In this document: piece by piece, positions 9,868 through 18,981 of the stretch
How positions within the stretch are numbered: position 1 is the stretch's first letter
Layout of the letters: every line of letters begins with the position of its first letter
NCBI GenBank assembly: GCA_964418185.1
Contig: CAYQKL010000003.1
Span: 173 to 64,172, forward strand
DNA length: 64,000 nucleotides
Direction of reading: 5' to 3'
Source of the DNA: an uncultured bacterium
GTDB taxonomy: Bacteria > Hydrothermota > Tepidihabitantia > SM23-42 > JAOAFX01
The notes under the pieces: generated by a model
Databases searched by the model: none
What the model was told of the DNA's origin: nothing
The model's input: only the letters and a program-made list of their open reading frames with translations
Made by a program: the position numbers and the translations under genes

Positions 9868-11409
9868 TTATGATAAGAGTAATAGAATACCCAATACAAA
9901 GAATAAAATGGCAGTCAGAATTTTTATAACTGGAATCCTTTTTGATAAGAAATTTGCTACATTATCACGAGAAATTATCCCGGCAACAATTGCGATTACA
10001 ATCAGCGGTAGAATAAACATAATGTTATAAATGAGCAAAAGAAAGAAAGGCTTTGAACCCAGGTTTGCGCGTGAGACAACAAAGGTAATGGTAGGAAAAT
10101 AAACCTGCCCGGTGCAGCCAAACTCAAGGAAAGATATAAGGATACCCGCAATAAAAGAACCGATCATTATCCCACCAATACCTGTCTTTTCCTTTATCTC
10201 TTGATGTATCCTTTTTTTAACTATCAGAGGCAATTGTAGAATCATTTTATCAGTTTTGCCTGCCCTGGCAACAAAATAATCGTAAAGACTTAAAACACCA
10301 AGGATTATTGCAAAGATACCAAAAGAATAGAATATTATTCTTCCAATGATTTTTATTGCAACAAGGGTATTCAATATAAAATAGGCGCCAAGCCCGATTG
10401 CAAGATAACATAAAAATACTGCAAGGATAAAAGAGATAGACATAAAGATGACTGTCCTTTTCTTTCTACCCATAAACAATAGATAACTGACAAAAAAAAT
10501 TATTGTGGCAAAGGCACAGGGATTTATTCCATCTAAGATTCCGGCAAAGATAACACCGAGCAAAGAAAATCTTGTAAATCTTTTAATTATATTTTTTTCC
10601 GCCATAGAAATTCTAAGTGTATCAAGTCTGGGACTTCCTCCTGAATATTTCTTTATTAAATTTTCCAGTTCATCCGAAAGGATTTCTTTTATTAGATAAT
10701 CCTCACCGACAAATATTGCTGGGACAATTAACCTTTTATCATCAGGAATATTTCGTGCTTCAGCAAGTCCTTCGTAAAAAATTTTATTTGTATCTTCAAG
10801 GATATTATACCGATAGACTATAAGATCTGGATACTTTTTTGACAAACCATTTATCAGCACCTCAGCACGATTGCATTCTGGACAGGCAGGCTGATAAAAA
10901 TAATACAAATATATCTCTCCTGTCTCGACTTCTAAACTATCTTGTTTTTTTACCCCCGATGTATCCCTTTTTATAATCAATCTCTGTCCTGCATATCTCT
11001 TTATTGTTGATTCCAATTTATTCCTCACCTCATCCGGACCATAAAATGCCGAATCACCAATAATGACAATGGGCAGGTCTTCACCGATATTCTTTATGTT
11101 CTTTTCTTTCTCCATCTGCTCAAGCAATTTGTAATTATCAAGATTATTCAGGTCATATTTTTTTAACTGGAATTGATAAAGATTTTGTAATCTTGGAATA
11201 TCATCAAGGAGAATATCCAGACAATGCCCACAATCTGGAGAATAAAAGAAATAAACAACGATTTTTTGTATATGGGTATCTGAACAATAACCGGAATTAA
11301 TTAAACCCAAAACCCAGATGGCAAATGTTAAACGACAAAGAAAGAAGGGTAAATTTTGGATTTTGAAATTTACTTGGGATCTGGAATTTGGAGTTTTGGA
11401 ATTTCCCAT
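9868..11409 (-). CDS. Thiol-disulfide oxidoreductase: two thioredoxin-like domains (CGHC, CPEC) fused to a DsbD/CcdA-like transmembrane domain
   Basis: Signal/TM segment, then SPDCGHC and QPACPEC thioredoxin motifs, then a multi-TM domain with the conserved Cys residues GINPCAF and EFGCTGQ. Confidence 0.6.
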   Translation of the reverse strand: MGNSKTPNSRSQVNFKIQNLPFFLCRLTFAIWVLGLINSGYCSDTHIQKIVVYFFYSPDCGHCLDILLDDIPRLQNLYQFQLKKYDLNNLDNYKLLEQMEKEKNIKNIGEDLPIVIIGDSAFYGPDEVRNKLESTIKRYAGQRLIIKRDTSGVKKQDSLEVETGEIYLYYFYQPACPECNRAEVLINGLSKKYPDLIVYRYNILEDTNKIFYEGLAEARNIPDDKRLIVPAIFVGEDYLIKEILSDELENLIKKYSGGSPRLDTLRISMAEKNIIKRFTRFSLLGVIFAGILDGINPCAFATIIFFVSYLLFMGRKKRTVIFMSISFILAVFLCYLAIGLGAYFILNTLVAIKIIGRIIFYSFGIFAIILGVLSLYDYFVARAGKTDKMILQLPLIVKKRIHQEIKEKTGIGGIMIGSFIAGILISFLEFGCTGQVYFPTITFVVSRANLGSKPFFLLLIYNIMFILPLIVIAIVAGIISRDNVANFLSKRIPVIKILTAILFFVLGILLLLS

Positions 11410-11417
11410 AAATAGAG

Positions 11418-11490
11418 TGGGTCATGCAGGATTCGAACCTGCGGCCACCGGATTAAAAATCCGATGCTCTGCCACCTGAGCTAATGACCC
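11418..11490 (-). tRNA. tRNA-Lys (anticodon UUU); CCA not encoded
   Basis: Cloverleaf folded by hand. Acceptor stem GGGTCAT/ATGACCC, anticodon loop TTTTTAA, T-arm GCAGG-TTCGAAT-CCTGC. Confidence 0.85.
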
Positions 11491-11558
11491 GTACTTCTGC
11501 ATCCGATATTCTATTATACCAAAATTCAATCTGATGTCAATAATGTTTTGACTGAGTA

Positions 11559-12968
11559 TTGACTGTTTTCCATTTCTGGCTATTATTTTTTGTGGAAATC
11601 ACCTTTATTGGTGCAACCAGAACAGTTACCGGGTCAATGCATCTATTTGAATACAATAAGAAAGAGTTTCTTTTTGAGTGTGGTCTTTATCAGGGGCATC
11701 GGGCAGAAGCAGAAAGGATAAATAGAATATTTCCCTTCAAACCAAAGGAGATAGAGTTTGTAATCCTTTCCCATGCCCATCTTGACCATTCAGGAAATCT
11801 CCCTTCCCTGATAAAAAGAAATTTTCGTGGGGATATCTATTGCACTCCAGCAACCAGAGACATCGCTGAACTACTGCTTCTTGACTCAGCACACCTCCAG
11901 GAGAATGACATTGCATTCTTTAATAAAAAACAGCGCAAGGCAGGACTTCCTACAAAGGAGCCTTTATATACAGTTGAAGATGCAGAGGATACATTAAAAT
12001 ATTTTAAGACCATCAATTACCACAATAAGTTTGAACCAGTTGATGGACTATCAGTGATTTTCTATGACGCAGGCCATATCCTTGGATCAGCCCAGATCTT
12101 GATTGAATATGACGACAGAAGAATTCTTTTCACCGGAGACCTCGGCAGGAATAATATGCCTATAATCAGGGATCCAGAGATACCAGAGGATATTGACTAT
12201 TTGATTTTGGAATCCACATACGGAAGTAGAATTCACAGTTCATTTGAACAGATGACCGATGAATTGAAACGGATAATCCTTGAAGGTAAAGAGAAGAAGA
12301 GCAAGATAATAATACCAACATTTGCCGTGGAAAGAACCCAGGTTCTTGTGACAATGTTAAAGCGACTCTATGAAGATGGGGTTATAAAGAATATTCCGAT
12401 ATATATTGATAGCCCACTCGCAACGAGTGTCACTCAGGTCTTTACCCGACATCCAGAGTGTTTTGATGAAGAGACTTACAAGAAATTCATAAAAGACGAA
12501 CCATTTGATTTTTCTGGGATAAATTATATAAAAAATATAGAAGAGTCAAAATCCCTGAACGAAAAAGATGGCCCGATGATTATCATCTCTGCATCAGGGA
12601 TGTGTGAAGGCGGCAGGGTATTACACCATCTCATACATTCCATAGAAGACGAGAATAATATAATCATTCTCACCGGATTCCAGGCATCAGGCACCTTAGG
12701 CAGAAAGATTCTTGATGGTTATAAGGAAGTTTTCATCTTTGATACAAAATTCTATGTGAATGCAAAGATCTATTTTATGGCAGGACTCTCTGCCCATGCA
12801 GACAGCAATGATCTGATTGAATTTGTACGGTCAATAAAAAATGGGCGTTTGAAAAAAGTCTTTTTAATCCACGGTGAGATCACTGAAGCAGTGGCATTGA
12901 AAGAAAAAATAGAATCCCTAAATATAGAGACCGAAATTCCCGAATCAATGACGAGTGTGGTCTTATGA
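11559..12968 (+). CDS. MBL-fold metallo-hydrolase with beta-CASP/RNA-specificity domain (RNase J-like ribonuclease)
   Basis: HAHLDHSGNLP (HxHxDH), a beta-CASP region and the C-terminal RMBL motif GLSAHAD. The true start may be the GTG at 11592, where homology begins (EITFIGA). Confidence 0.75.
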   Translation: MTVFHFWLLFFVEITFIGATRTVTGSMHLFEYNKKEFLFECGLYQGHRAEAERINRIFPFKPKEIEFVILSHAHLDHSGNLPSLIKRNFRGDIYCTPATRDIAELLLLDSAHLQENDIAFFNKKQRKAGLPTKEPLYTVEDAEDTLKYFKTINYHNKFEPVDGLSVIFYDAGHILGSAQILIEYDDRRILFTGDLGRNNMPIIRDPEIPEDIDYLILESTYGSRIHSSFEQMTDELKRIILEGKEKKSKIIIPTFAVERTQVLVTMLKRLYEDGVIKNIPIYIDSPLATSVTQVFTRHPECFDEETYKKFIKDEPFDFSGINYIKNIEESKSLNEKDGPMIIISASGMCEGGRVLHHLIHSIEDENNIIILTGFQASGTLGRKILDGYKEVFIFDTKFYVNAKIYFMAGLSAHADSNDLIEFVRSIKNGRLKKVFLIHGEITEAVALKEKIESLNIETEIPESMTSVVL

Positions 12969-13636
12969 AAAAAAGGATAGTTGTAATAGAAGACGACCAG
13001 GCGATACTTGATTTAGTAATTTATAATCTACAAAAGAATGGCTTTCTGACTCAAGGATTTACCAATGGTTATGATGGGTTAAATTTTCTTCTAAAAAATC
13101 CCTCAGACCTGCTGATACTGGATTTAATGCTTCCAGATATTGATGGATTTGAACTCTGCAAAGAATTAAAGAACCAGGAGAAGACAAAAAGTCTACCGAT
13201 AATCATACTCACTGCAAAGACTGAAGAGGCAGACAGGATTCTTGGTCTGGAATTAGGTGCAGACGACTATATTATAAAACCATTCAGCCCAAGGGAACTT
13301 GTGGCAAGGGTTAAGGCAGTATTGCGCCGATTGAAAACAACCGAATCAGAAGAATTATATAGATTTCAGGAGCTAACCGTTGATCCAAATAAATACAAAG
13401 TTTATTTCAAACAGCAGGAGATTGAGTTGACTGCAACTGAATTCAGCATTCTTCTTAATTTGATAAAACATCCAGGTAGGGTTTATACAAGGGATAACCT
13501 TCTTGATGCCCTTGACAAAACAATCCTTGACCGTAATATTGATGTCCATATCACAAACTTGAGAAAAAAACTCGGACCTGGGGGCAGGTTTATTAAGACG
13601 ATCAGGAGTGTTGGTTATAAACTGGATGCAGAATGA
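12965..13636 (+). CDS. OmpR/PhoB-family response regulator (receiver + winged helix)
   Basis: Receiver-domain residues D..D..K followed by a C-terminal winged helix. In an operon with a PhoR-like kinase, and pst genes lie in the same window. Confidence 0.85.
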   Translation: MKKRIVVIEDDQAILDLVIYNLQKNGFLTQGFTNGYDGLNFLLKNPSDLLILDLMLPDIDGFELCKELKNQEKTKSLPIIILTAKTEEADRILGLELGADDYIIKPFSPRELVARVKAVLRRLKTTESEELYRFQELTVDPNKYKVYFKQQEIELTATEFSILLNLIKHPGRVYTRDNLLDALDKTILDRNIDVHITNLRKKLGPGGRFIKTIRSVGYKLDAE

Positions 13637-14880
13637 CATATATAATAATCATAATTCTCATACTCATCACCATTTTTTTGTTGATAAGGTTAAACATAAC
13701 AGATAAAAAACTAAAAGAGATTGTAAATTACACAACTGAGTTATTAAATGGCAATTATACACATCGCATTATAGAAAAAGAGAAGGGGAACTTTGCTATA
13801 CTGATAGAAAATTTGAATACCCTTGCTGAAAAACTGGAGGCAAGGAGATTGGACTGGGAGGAGAAAGATATTCTACTGGATATCCTTTTTGAAAATATAA
13901 AAGAAGGATTGGTAATAACAAAAAAGGATGGAGAAATCATAGAATTCAATAGCAGGATAAAAGATATATTTCCGATGACCCCTTTCCAGCCTGGAAGGAC
14001 GATTCAGGAATTATGGATAAACAGGAGTTTTATTGAATTCAGTACAAGTAAACCTGAACCAAGAAGGATTGAATCATTAGAATTGGATATTCCGGAGATG
14101 GGAAAATCCTTTTTAATATCACGATTTTATGTTGAAAAAAATCAACTGATTTTCTATCTCTTCAATGACATAACCGATTCAAAAAACTTAAAGCGGATAA
14201 AGTCAGAGTTTATTACAAACCTATCCCATGAAATACGCACACCACTAACTGCAATAAAAGGTTATCTTGAGGCAATAGAAGAACCAGACATAAATAAAGA
14301 AGATAGAAAGAAATTTTTAAAGATTGTGCGGGAAAATATTGATCGATTAACGAATATCGTCTCTGATTTGCTTTTGCTTTCTGATATTGAAAGGCAGGAA
14401 AGAAAATTAAAGATAGAAAAGATTGATCTAAATGAACTTGCCAGCGAAGTCATACTATTATTTCGCAGAACTGCTGAAAACAAGGGTATTCAACTGGAAT
14501 TTTTGCCATCAAAGATACCAGAATATTATGGCGATCGTTTCCTGCTTCAGCAATTATTAATCAATTTAGTGAGTAATGCGGTCAGGTTCACTGAAAAGGG
14601 TAGGGTTGAGGTCAGTATCAATTTTGAGAATGGAAGGTTTTATATCACGGTCTCAGATACAGGTATTGGAATTCCATCTGATGAGATCCCAAGGATATTT
14701 GAAAGATTTTATACAGTTGATAAATCAAGGTCGCGGACCCAGGGAGGGACCGGTCTTGGTCTATCAATTGTCAAGCATATTGTCCAGCTGCACCAGGGTG
14801 AGATAAAGGTTGAAAGCAAACTGCGTGAAGGCTCAAAATTTACCGTTATTTTACCTGCAATCCAATCCCCATCATCTTAA
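13633..14880 (+). CDS. Sensor histidine kinase (TM, PAS-like, HisKA, HATPase_c); PhoR-like
   Basis: H-box SHEIRTPLTAIKGYLE. N, G1 and G2 boxes VSDTGIGIP...GGTGLGLSIV. Confidence 0.8.
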   Translation: MTYIIIIILILITIFLLIRLNITDKKLKEIVNYTTELLNGNYTHRIIEKEKGNFAILIENLNTLAEKLEARRLDWEEKDILLDILFENIKEGLVITKKDGEIIEFNSRIKDIFPMTPFQPGRTIQELWINRSFIEFSTSKPEPRRIESLELDIPEMGKSFLISRFYVEKNQLIFYLFNDITDSKNLKRIKSEFITNLSHEIRTPLTAIKGYLEAIEEPDINKEDRKKFLKIVRENIDRLTNIVSDLLLLSDIERQERKLKIEKIDLNELASEVILLFRRTAENKGIQLEFLPSKIPEYYGDRFLLQQLLINLVSNAVRFTEKGRVEVSINFENGRFYITVSDTGIGIPSDEIPRIFERFYTVDKSRSRTQGGTGLGLSIVKHIVQLHQGEIKVESKLREGSKFTVILPAIQSPSS

Positions 14881-14916
14881 TTTTTCCCCACCAATCTGCC
14901 AAGTATCGTGACGGAT

Positions 14917-14957
14917 GCGTGGTGGACTGTACCTACAAGTCCACCGTGGCACTTCCT
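14917..14957. terminator. Hairpin between the convergent histidine-kinase and T9SS-cargo genes
   Basis: CGTGGTGGACT-gtacctaca-AGTCCACCGTG imperfect inverted repeat. Confidence 0.3.
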
Positions 14958-15038
14958 GGAATAGGGACTTCACTCCAATATTGAATGTCCCTAATGCACG
15001 TCCTAATGACAAAATGATTTTGTAGGAACAATTCCCAT

Positions 15039-15485
15039 TTAATGGAGTAGAATTATCTTATCAGTTTCTGCTCTACCATCAAATTCAACCCGCACAAAAT
15101 ATATACCACTTGGCACTGTCTTACCCCGTTCATCCCTTCCATCCCATATAAAAGTAAAATCACCTGATGACTTCGCTTCTTTTATCATCCGGATAAGCTG
15201 TCCTGTAACAGAATAAATTTTGAGTGAAAACTCGCCTGGTTTCGGAAATTGATAACGAAGTTCAACCATTCCTTGGGCTGGATTGGGTAAGACAAAAGTT
15301 GAAAATCTTTGAGATACTATATTACGTTGCTCCTTAATGGATGAACTTGAATGATTATCCGTAGAAAATTCCCAAACTGCAAAGGCAGATAGAACAACCT
15401 TAGGAAAAGAGAGACGTCTTATACTCAATTCAATCTCCCCATTTTGATAAGCTTCCGGGCTCACAAAAAACCTCTCAACTACCAT
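15039..15485 (-). CDS. Fragment 3 of a secreted multidomain protein: linker + T9SS C-terminal sorting domain (Por_Secre_tail)
   Basis: CTD signature FVLPNPAQGMVELRYQF...IYSVTGQLIRMI...WDGRDERGKTVPSGIYFVRVEF..KIILLH. It is in frame with the upstream ORF across a single TAA at 15546-15548. Confidence 0.7.
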   Translation of the reverse strand: MVVERFFVSPEAYQNGEIELSIRRLSFPKVVLSAFAVWEFSTDNHSSSSIKEQRNIVSQRFSTFVLPNPAQGMVELRYQFPKPGEFSLKIYSVTGQLIRMIKEAKSSGDFTFIWDGRDERGKTVPSGIYFVRVEFDGRAETDKIILLH

Positions 15486-15545
15486 CTTTCTCCGTGGTAA
15501 ATTGACAGTTTTTATCAGCGAGTCATCGATCGCAATATCTTGGTT

Positions 15546-17078
15546 TTAGATTCCATTACTCTCATTCTGATAAAAGACTAAACCAACCTGATAATTCTTC
15601 TTTGGGTCTAATCCAGTAATTCTATACTTCAGACAATTGGTATCATAGTCAACATTCTTTTCAAAACCAGAGCCGTAGATAATATAGCCAGTTCGCTTTT
15701 CCACAAATACCGTGGGTTCTTTTTCACCTAAATCAAAGGCATATAAAGGAATTGGATTTGAACGGAATGAAGAAACAGGAAAGATTTTAATTTCGTATAT
15801 CCAGCTCCAATATTTCCCATTGGTGTAATAGGTCTGGATTTTTGTATATGAAGGATACCATCGCTCCCAGATGAGATGAATTAAATCACCAGCAACACTC
15901 AAAGAGGGATTCTTCCCAACCCCTACTTGAAATGGTGTTGTCCAATTGCCAAGATTATCCCGCTGCAAATACATTATTGCTCCATTTTTCTCATAAACAA
16001 TATGCAGACTACGGTCTGAAGATTTAATCCCAATTGGACCGATACCATAACCAACATAAGTATCAAGGTCTATAACATTCTCCAGACTTTCTGGCATTGT
16101 TTGGGTATAGAATTTACCAATCTTTAGTTTATTATTCCCTTCATCGTCATAGGTATTAAAGACCACCCAACCAGTATCAAGCGGGTCAATAGCAAAAGAG
16201 ACAGAGAGAATGGAATCGTGGGTTTCATAGATGACCTCCTCATTCCAGAAATCAGTCCTATTACGAGCATAATTGATTGTGTAGGTCAATGTTTCCTGGG
16301 CAGCAGAATCAGGAACGCCCAATGTGCCTATGTGGCAAACTTTTAGTTTTTTTGTCGAATCTGTATCTATTGCTGGTTGCCAGCCATAATCAATCTTCTT
16401 GGCGTTGGACCAGCTTATTCCATAATCAGTACTTGTGGCACACCAGATAGCTGATTGATTTGTCCAGGCTAAACAACCATTCCCTCCTGGGTCAAATACT
16501 ACCCCCCTTCCAGTATTGACTCCAGTAGCCATTGTACAATTTGAAGAGAAAGGTGGAATCTGACACGTAACAATATCTGAGCGGATACTTTCCTGCCCAC
16601 TGCTTCGCCGTGCCTTTACATAATATGAATAAATTTTGCCTACAGTTACACTATTATCAATATAAGTTGTATCCGGCACATTCCCGGCAATCATCTCATA
16701 ATTATGATTTGGATGGATTCTGCGATAGACATTGTAACCGGTCACACCACTTGCCGGCGAAGAGCCCCAGACCAATTGTACTGACGCCCTTTGTGAACCA
16801 AACTGTATAATTATCATAAATGTTGGTCTGGGACCAAACCCATAATAAGCATCTATTCCGTTATCTATTCCATAAGCGATTTTATCTTTAATTCCACTTA
16901 GATTGTCTTTTAATTGAAACCATTGACCATTAGTCACGGTATCATGTGTGACAAACGCGCCTTCGGCTACGCAAGCAGGACATTTTGCTTTTACTAACAC
17001 TTCGTAATTTTTTTGCTTTAACCCTCGATTATGTGCATGGGGCAAGTTTGAAATCATATTAAACATTTGTGTGTTCAC
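15546..17078 (-). CDS. Fragment 2 of the same gene: C-terminal half of an Amidase_3 domain + FN3-like + BNR/sialidase-like beta-propeller region
   Basis: NRGLKQKNYEVLVKAKCPACVAEGAFVTH matches the C-terminal part of Amidase_3 (RGvKq..f.VL....P.vLvE.gFisN). An FN3-like GVTGYNVYRR follows. Separated from fragment 1 only by an in-frame TAG. Confidence 0.6.
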   Translation of the reverse strand: MNTQMFNMISNLPHAHNRGLKQKNYEVLVKAKCPACVAEGAFVTHDTVTNGQWFQLKDNLSGIKDKIAYGIDNGIDAYYGFGPRPTFMIIIQFGSQRASVQLVWGSSPASGVTGYNVYRRIHPNHNYEMIAGNVPDTTYIDNSVTVGKIYSYYVKARRSSGQESIRSDIVTCQIPPFSSNCTMATGVNTGRGVVFDPGGNGCLAWTNQSAIWCATSTDYGISWSNAKKIDYGWQPAIDTDSTKKLKVCHIGTLGVPDSAAQETLTYTINYARNRTDFWNEEVIYETHDSILSVSFAIDPLDTGWVVFNTYDDEGNNKLKIGKFYTQTMPESLENVIDLDTYVGYGIGPIGIKSSDRSLHIVYEKNGAIMYLQRDNLGNWTTPFQVGVGKNPSLSVAGDLIHLIWERWYPSYTKIQTYYTNGKYWSWIYEIKIFPVSSFRSNPIPLYAFDLGEKEPTVFVEKRTGYIIYGSGFEKNVDYDTNCLKYRITGLDPKKNYQVGLVFYQNESNGI

Positions 17079-17108
17079 TTGATAAGCAAAAATAGAATCC
17101 GCAGTATC

Positions 17109-17504
17109 CTAATACCAAGTTTCAGTTCCATGGGCTGCTCTGCTACTATCTCCATTATTATGAATAGAAACAAGAACATCACAGGTGTCATAATTATTAG
17201 TAGTAGGATTCGGTAGTTCCCCGTTTGCCATTTTTGCCCTGGCTTCTAACGAGAGTTTTGTGGTGTCGGTCAAATCATCAACTCTTGTCATAATAACACT
17301 GTAGCCTAATGTCCATGTTAGATCATCATAACAAACATCAGCAATATAAAGATTGAAATTTTTTTCATAGGGACCATTTACCCCATAATTTTTATTGACA
17401 GCCCCTGGATCTCTACCACCGTGCCCCGGGTCAAGGCATACCTGGATACGACCAGCAAACAATAGATTAAACAAAAGTAGTAATGGAATCAATTTTATTT
17501 TCAT
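17109..17504 (-). CDS. Fragment 1 of the same gene: signal peptide + N-terminal half of N-acetylmuramoyl-L-alanine amidase (Amidase_3)
   Basis: MKIKLIPLLLLFNLLFAG signal peptide. CLDPGHGGRDPGA and SIHNNGDSSRAAHGTETWY match Amidase_3 motifs. RBS AAGGAGG upstream. The ATGA overlap with the upstream PD40 gene indicates translational coupling. Confidence 0.7.
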   Translation of the reverse strand: MKIKLIPLLLLFNLLFAGRIQVCLDPGHGGRDPGAVNKNYGVNGPYEKNFNLYIADVCYDDLTWTLGYSVIMTRVDDLTDTTKLSLEARAKMANGELPNPTTNNYDTCDVLVSIHNNGDSSRAAHGTETWY

Positions 17505-18394
17505 TTTGCCCCCCTCCTTTTCAATCTCAAAATAACACATTCCCTATCGCCACCACCAGTAATAGAATCTGGTATTTCTTTAAATCTTTCTACTACTATG
17601 CTTTTGCCGTCTGGTAACCAGCGCACGAGAATTTCAGGCTGGAGGGTATAGGTAATTTGGGTTTTCCCTGTTCCATCTTTGTTGATAACGAAGACCTCTG
17701 AAGCAAGTGGAGACACCTCAATATGCCCTGATGCTTTCGTAGCAACAATATATGTAAGCATCTTACCGTTAGGTGACCAAGAAAAATTCCAGGGCTCGAA
17801 AAACAATGTGCGGTCAAGCACTTTTGTCTCATTACTTTCAGCGTCGAAAATAGAAAGTACCCAAAAATCCTTGGTTAGACCTTCTGATTCCACATATTTC
17901 CCTGCCAGATAATTCGCTTTTGGAGACCAACAAGCAGAAATCCCAAAAGATGGAGCTGGTTTTAATTCATCAGTTTCAATATTGTAAATATAGGTACCAC
18001 CATACCCATAAACCTGTCTGCCATGAAAAAGTTTCTTTGCTGGAACCCACATACTGAAGGAAAGGAATTTACTGTCTGAAGATAGCTTCATATCATAGCC
18101 ACCCTTAATGAATCTTTTTTCTTTCTTTGTTTTACCATCTTTTAACAAAATTCCATTATCTGGTCCTCTATCACCAACTATTTCAGCAATTAATGAACTA
18201 TCGGGCGAACAGACAGTAAACAGTGTTTTCCCGAACCAGTAATCAAAGCCCTCGCCCTCAATTTCTTTTGTCATCTCCACTGATGCTTTTTCGATTCTCT
18301 CCAGCATCAGGTCTTCTGCCCTTACTCCTTCTAAAAATCCTTGGGCAAAGAGGGGTAAAAGGCTTATTGCGATTAGGGTTATTATGTTTTTCAT
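17501..18394 (-). CDS. Periplasmic PD40/TolB-like beta-propeller protein
   Basis: Signal peptide MKNIITLIAISLLPLFAQG and repeated WSPNGK / WLPDGK blades. The ORF-track start at 18454 looks too long, since an RBS precedes the ATG at 18394. Confidence 0.6.
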   Translation of the reverse strand: MKNIITLIAISLLPLFAQGFLEGVRAEDLMLERIEKASVEMTKEIEGEGFDYWFGKTLFTVCSPDSSLIAEIVGDRGPDNGILLKDGKTKKEKRFIKGGYDMKLSSDSKFLSFSMWVPAKKLFHGRQVYGYGGTYIYNIETDELKPAPSFGISACWSPKANYLAGKYVESEGLTKDFWVLSIFDAESNETKVLDRTLFFEPWNFSWSPNGKMLTYIVATKASGHIEVSPLASEVFVINKDGTGKTQITYTLQPEILVRWLPDGKSIVVERFKEIPDSITGGGDRECVILRLKRRGAK

Positions 18395-18981
18395 TTTGCC
18401 TCCTTTGCTCGGCATTGCCGAGCTTTTAATAAGTTTACCCATTGCCAAAAGCATTTCAATGGGTAATTTAAGAAGATCCTCTTTTGGTGCGGTCGTCTTT
18501 GAAAAGAAATTAATGAACGACTTAATAATCCGCGCAGAGTTATGGTAGGTAGTCGCTGATAATCCCCATCACAAGCATAGCCTATATAGGCAAAATTAAA
18601 AATTTATCAAGTGCAATGCTCAAAACCGCCTGATTTTACAAGGAATTGCGCAATTTCGACTCTTAAAATTGTAGCAAAAATTTGTAGTATATTTTCAAAA
18701 TTTTTTAGAAGCGATATAAAAATGTGGATAACCCCTAAACTTAATTTTGGAAAGACAAAATTTGGTGTCAGAAAGATATTGGCTTATGTTTACTCCCATC
18801 TTCCAACCTTTATTGCTATATCGATATATGTGCATATGTGCAATTGTTCAATGGTGCATAGATAATGTAACCAATCTCCACAAATATAAATTGTAGCAAT
18901 CAATTTGAAAATTCCACAATTGTCGAATTGATGAATAAATAAATTCATTGTCTGTTCTAAATAAAGCCGTAATGAATATAA

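Noticed and set aside
18611-18865. 84-aa ORF in the AT-rich gap
   Set aside because: No RBS, low-complexity composition and no homology. It is most likely non-coding.
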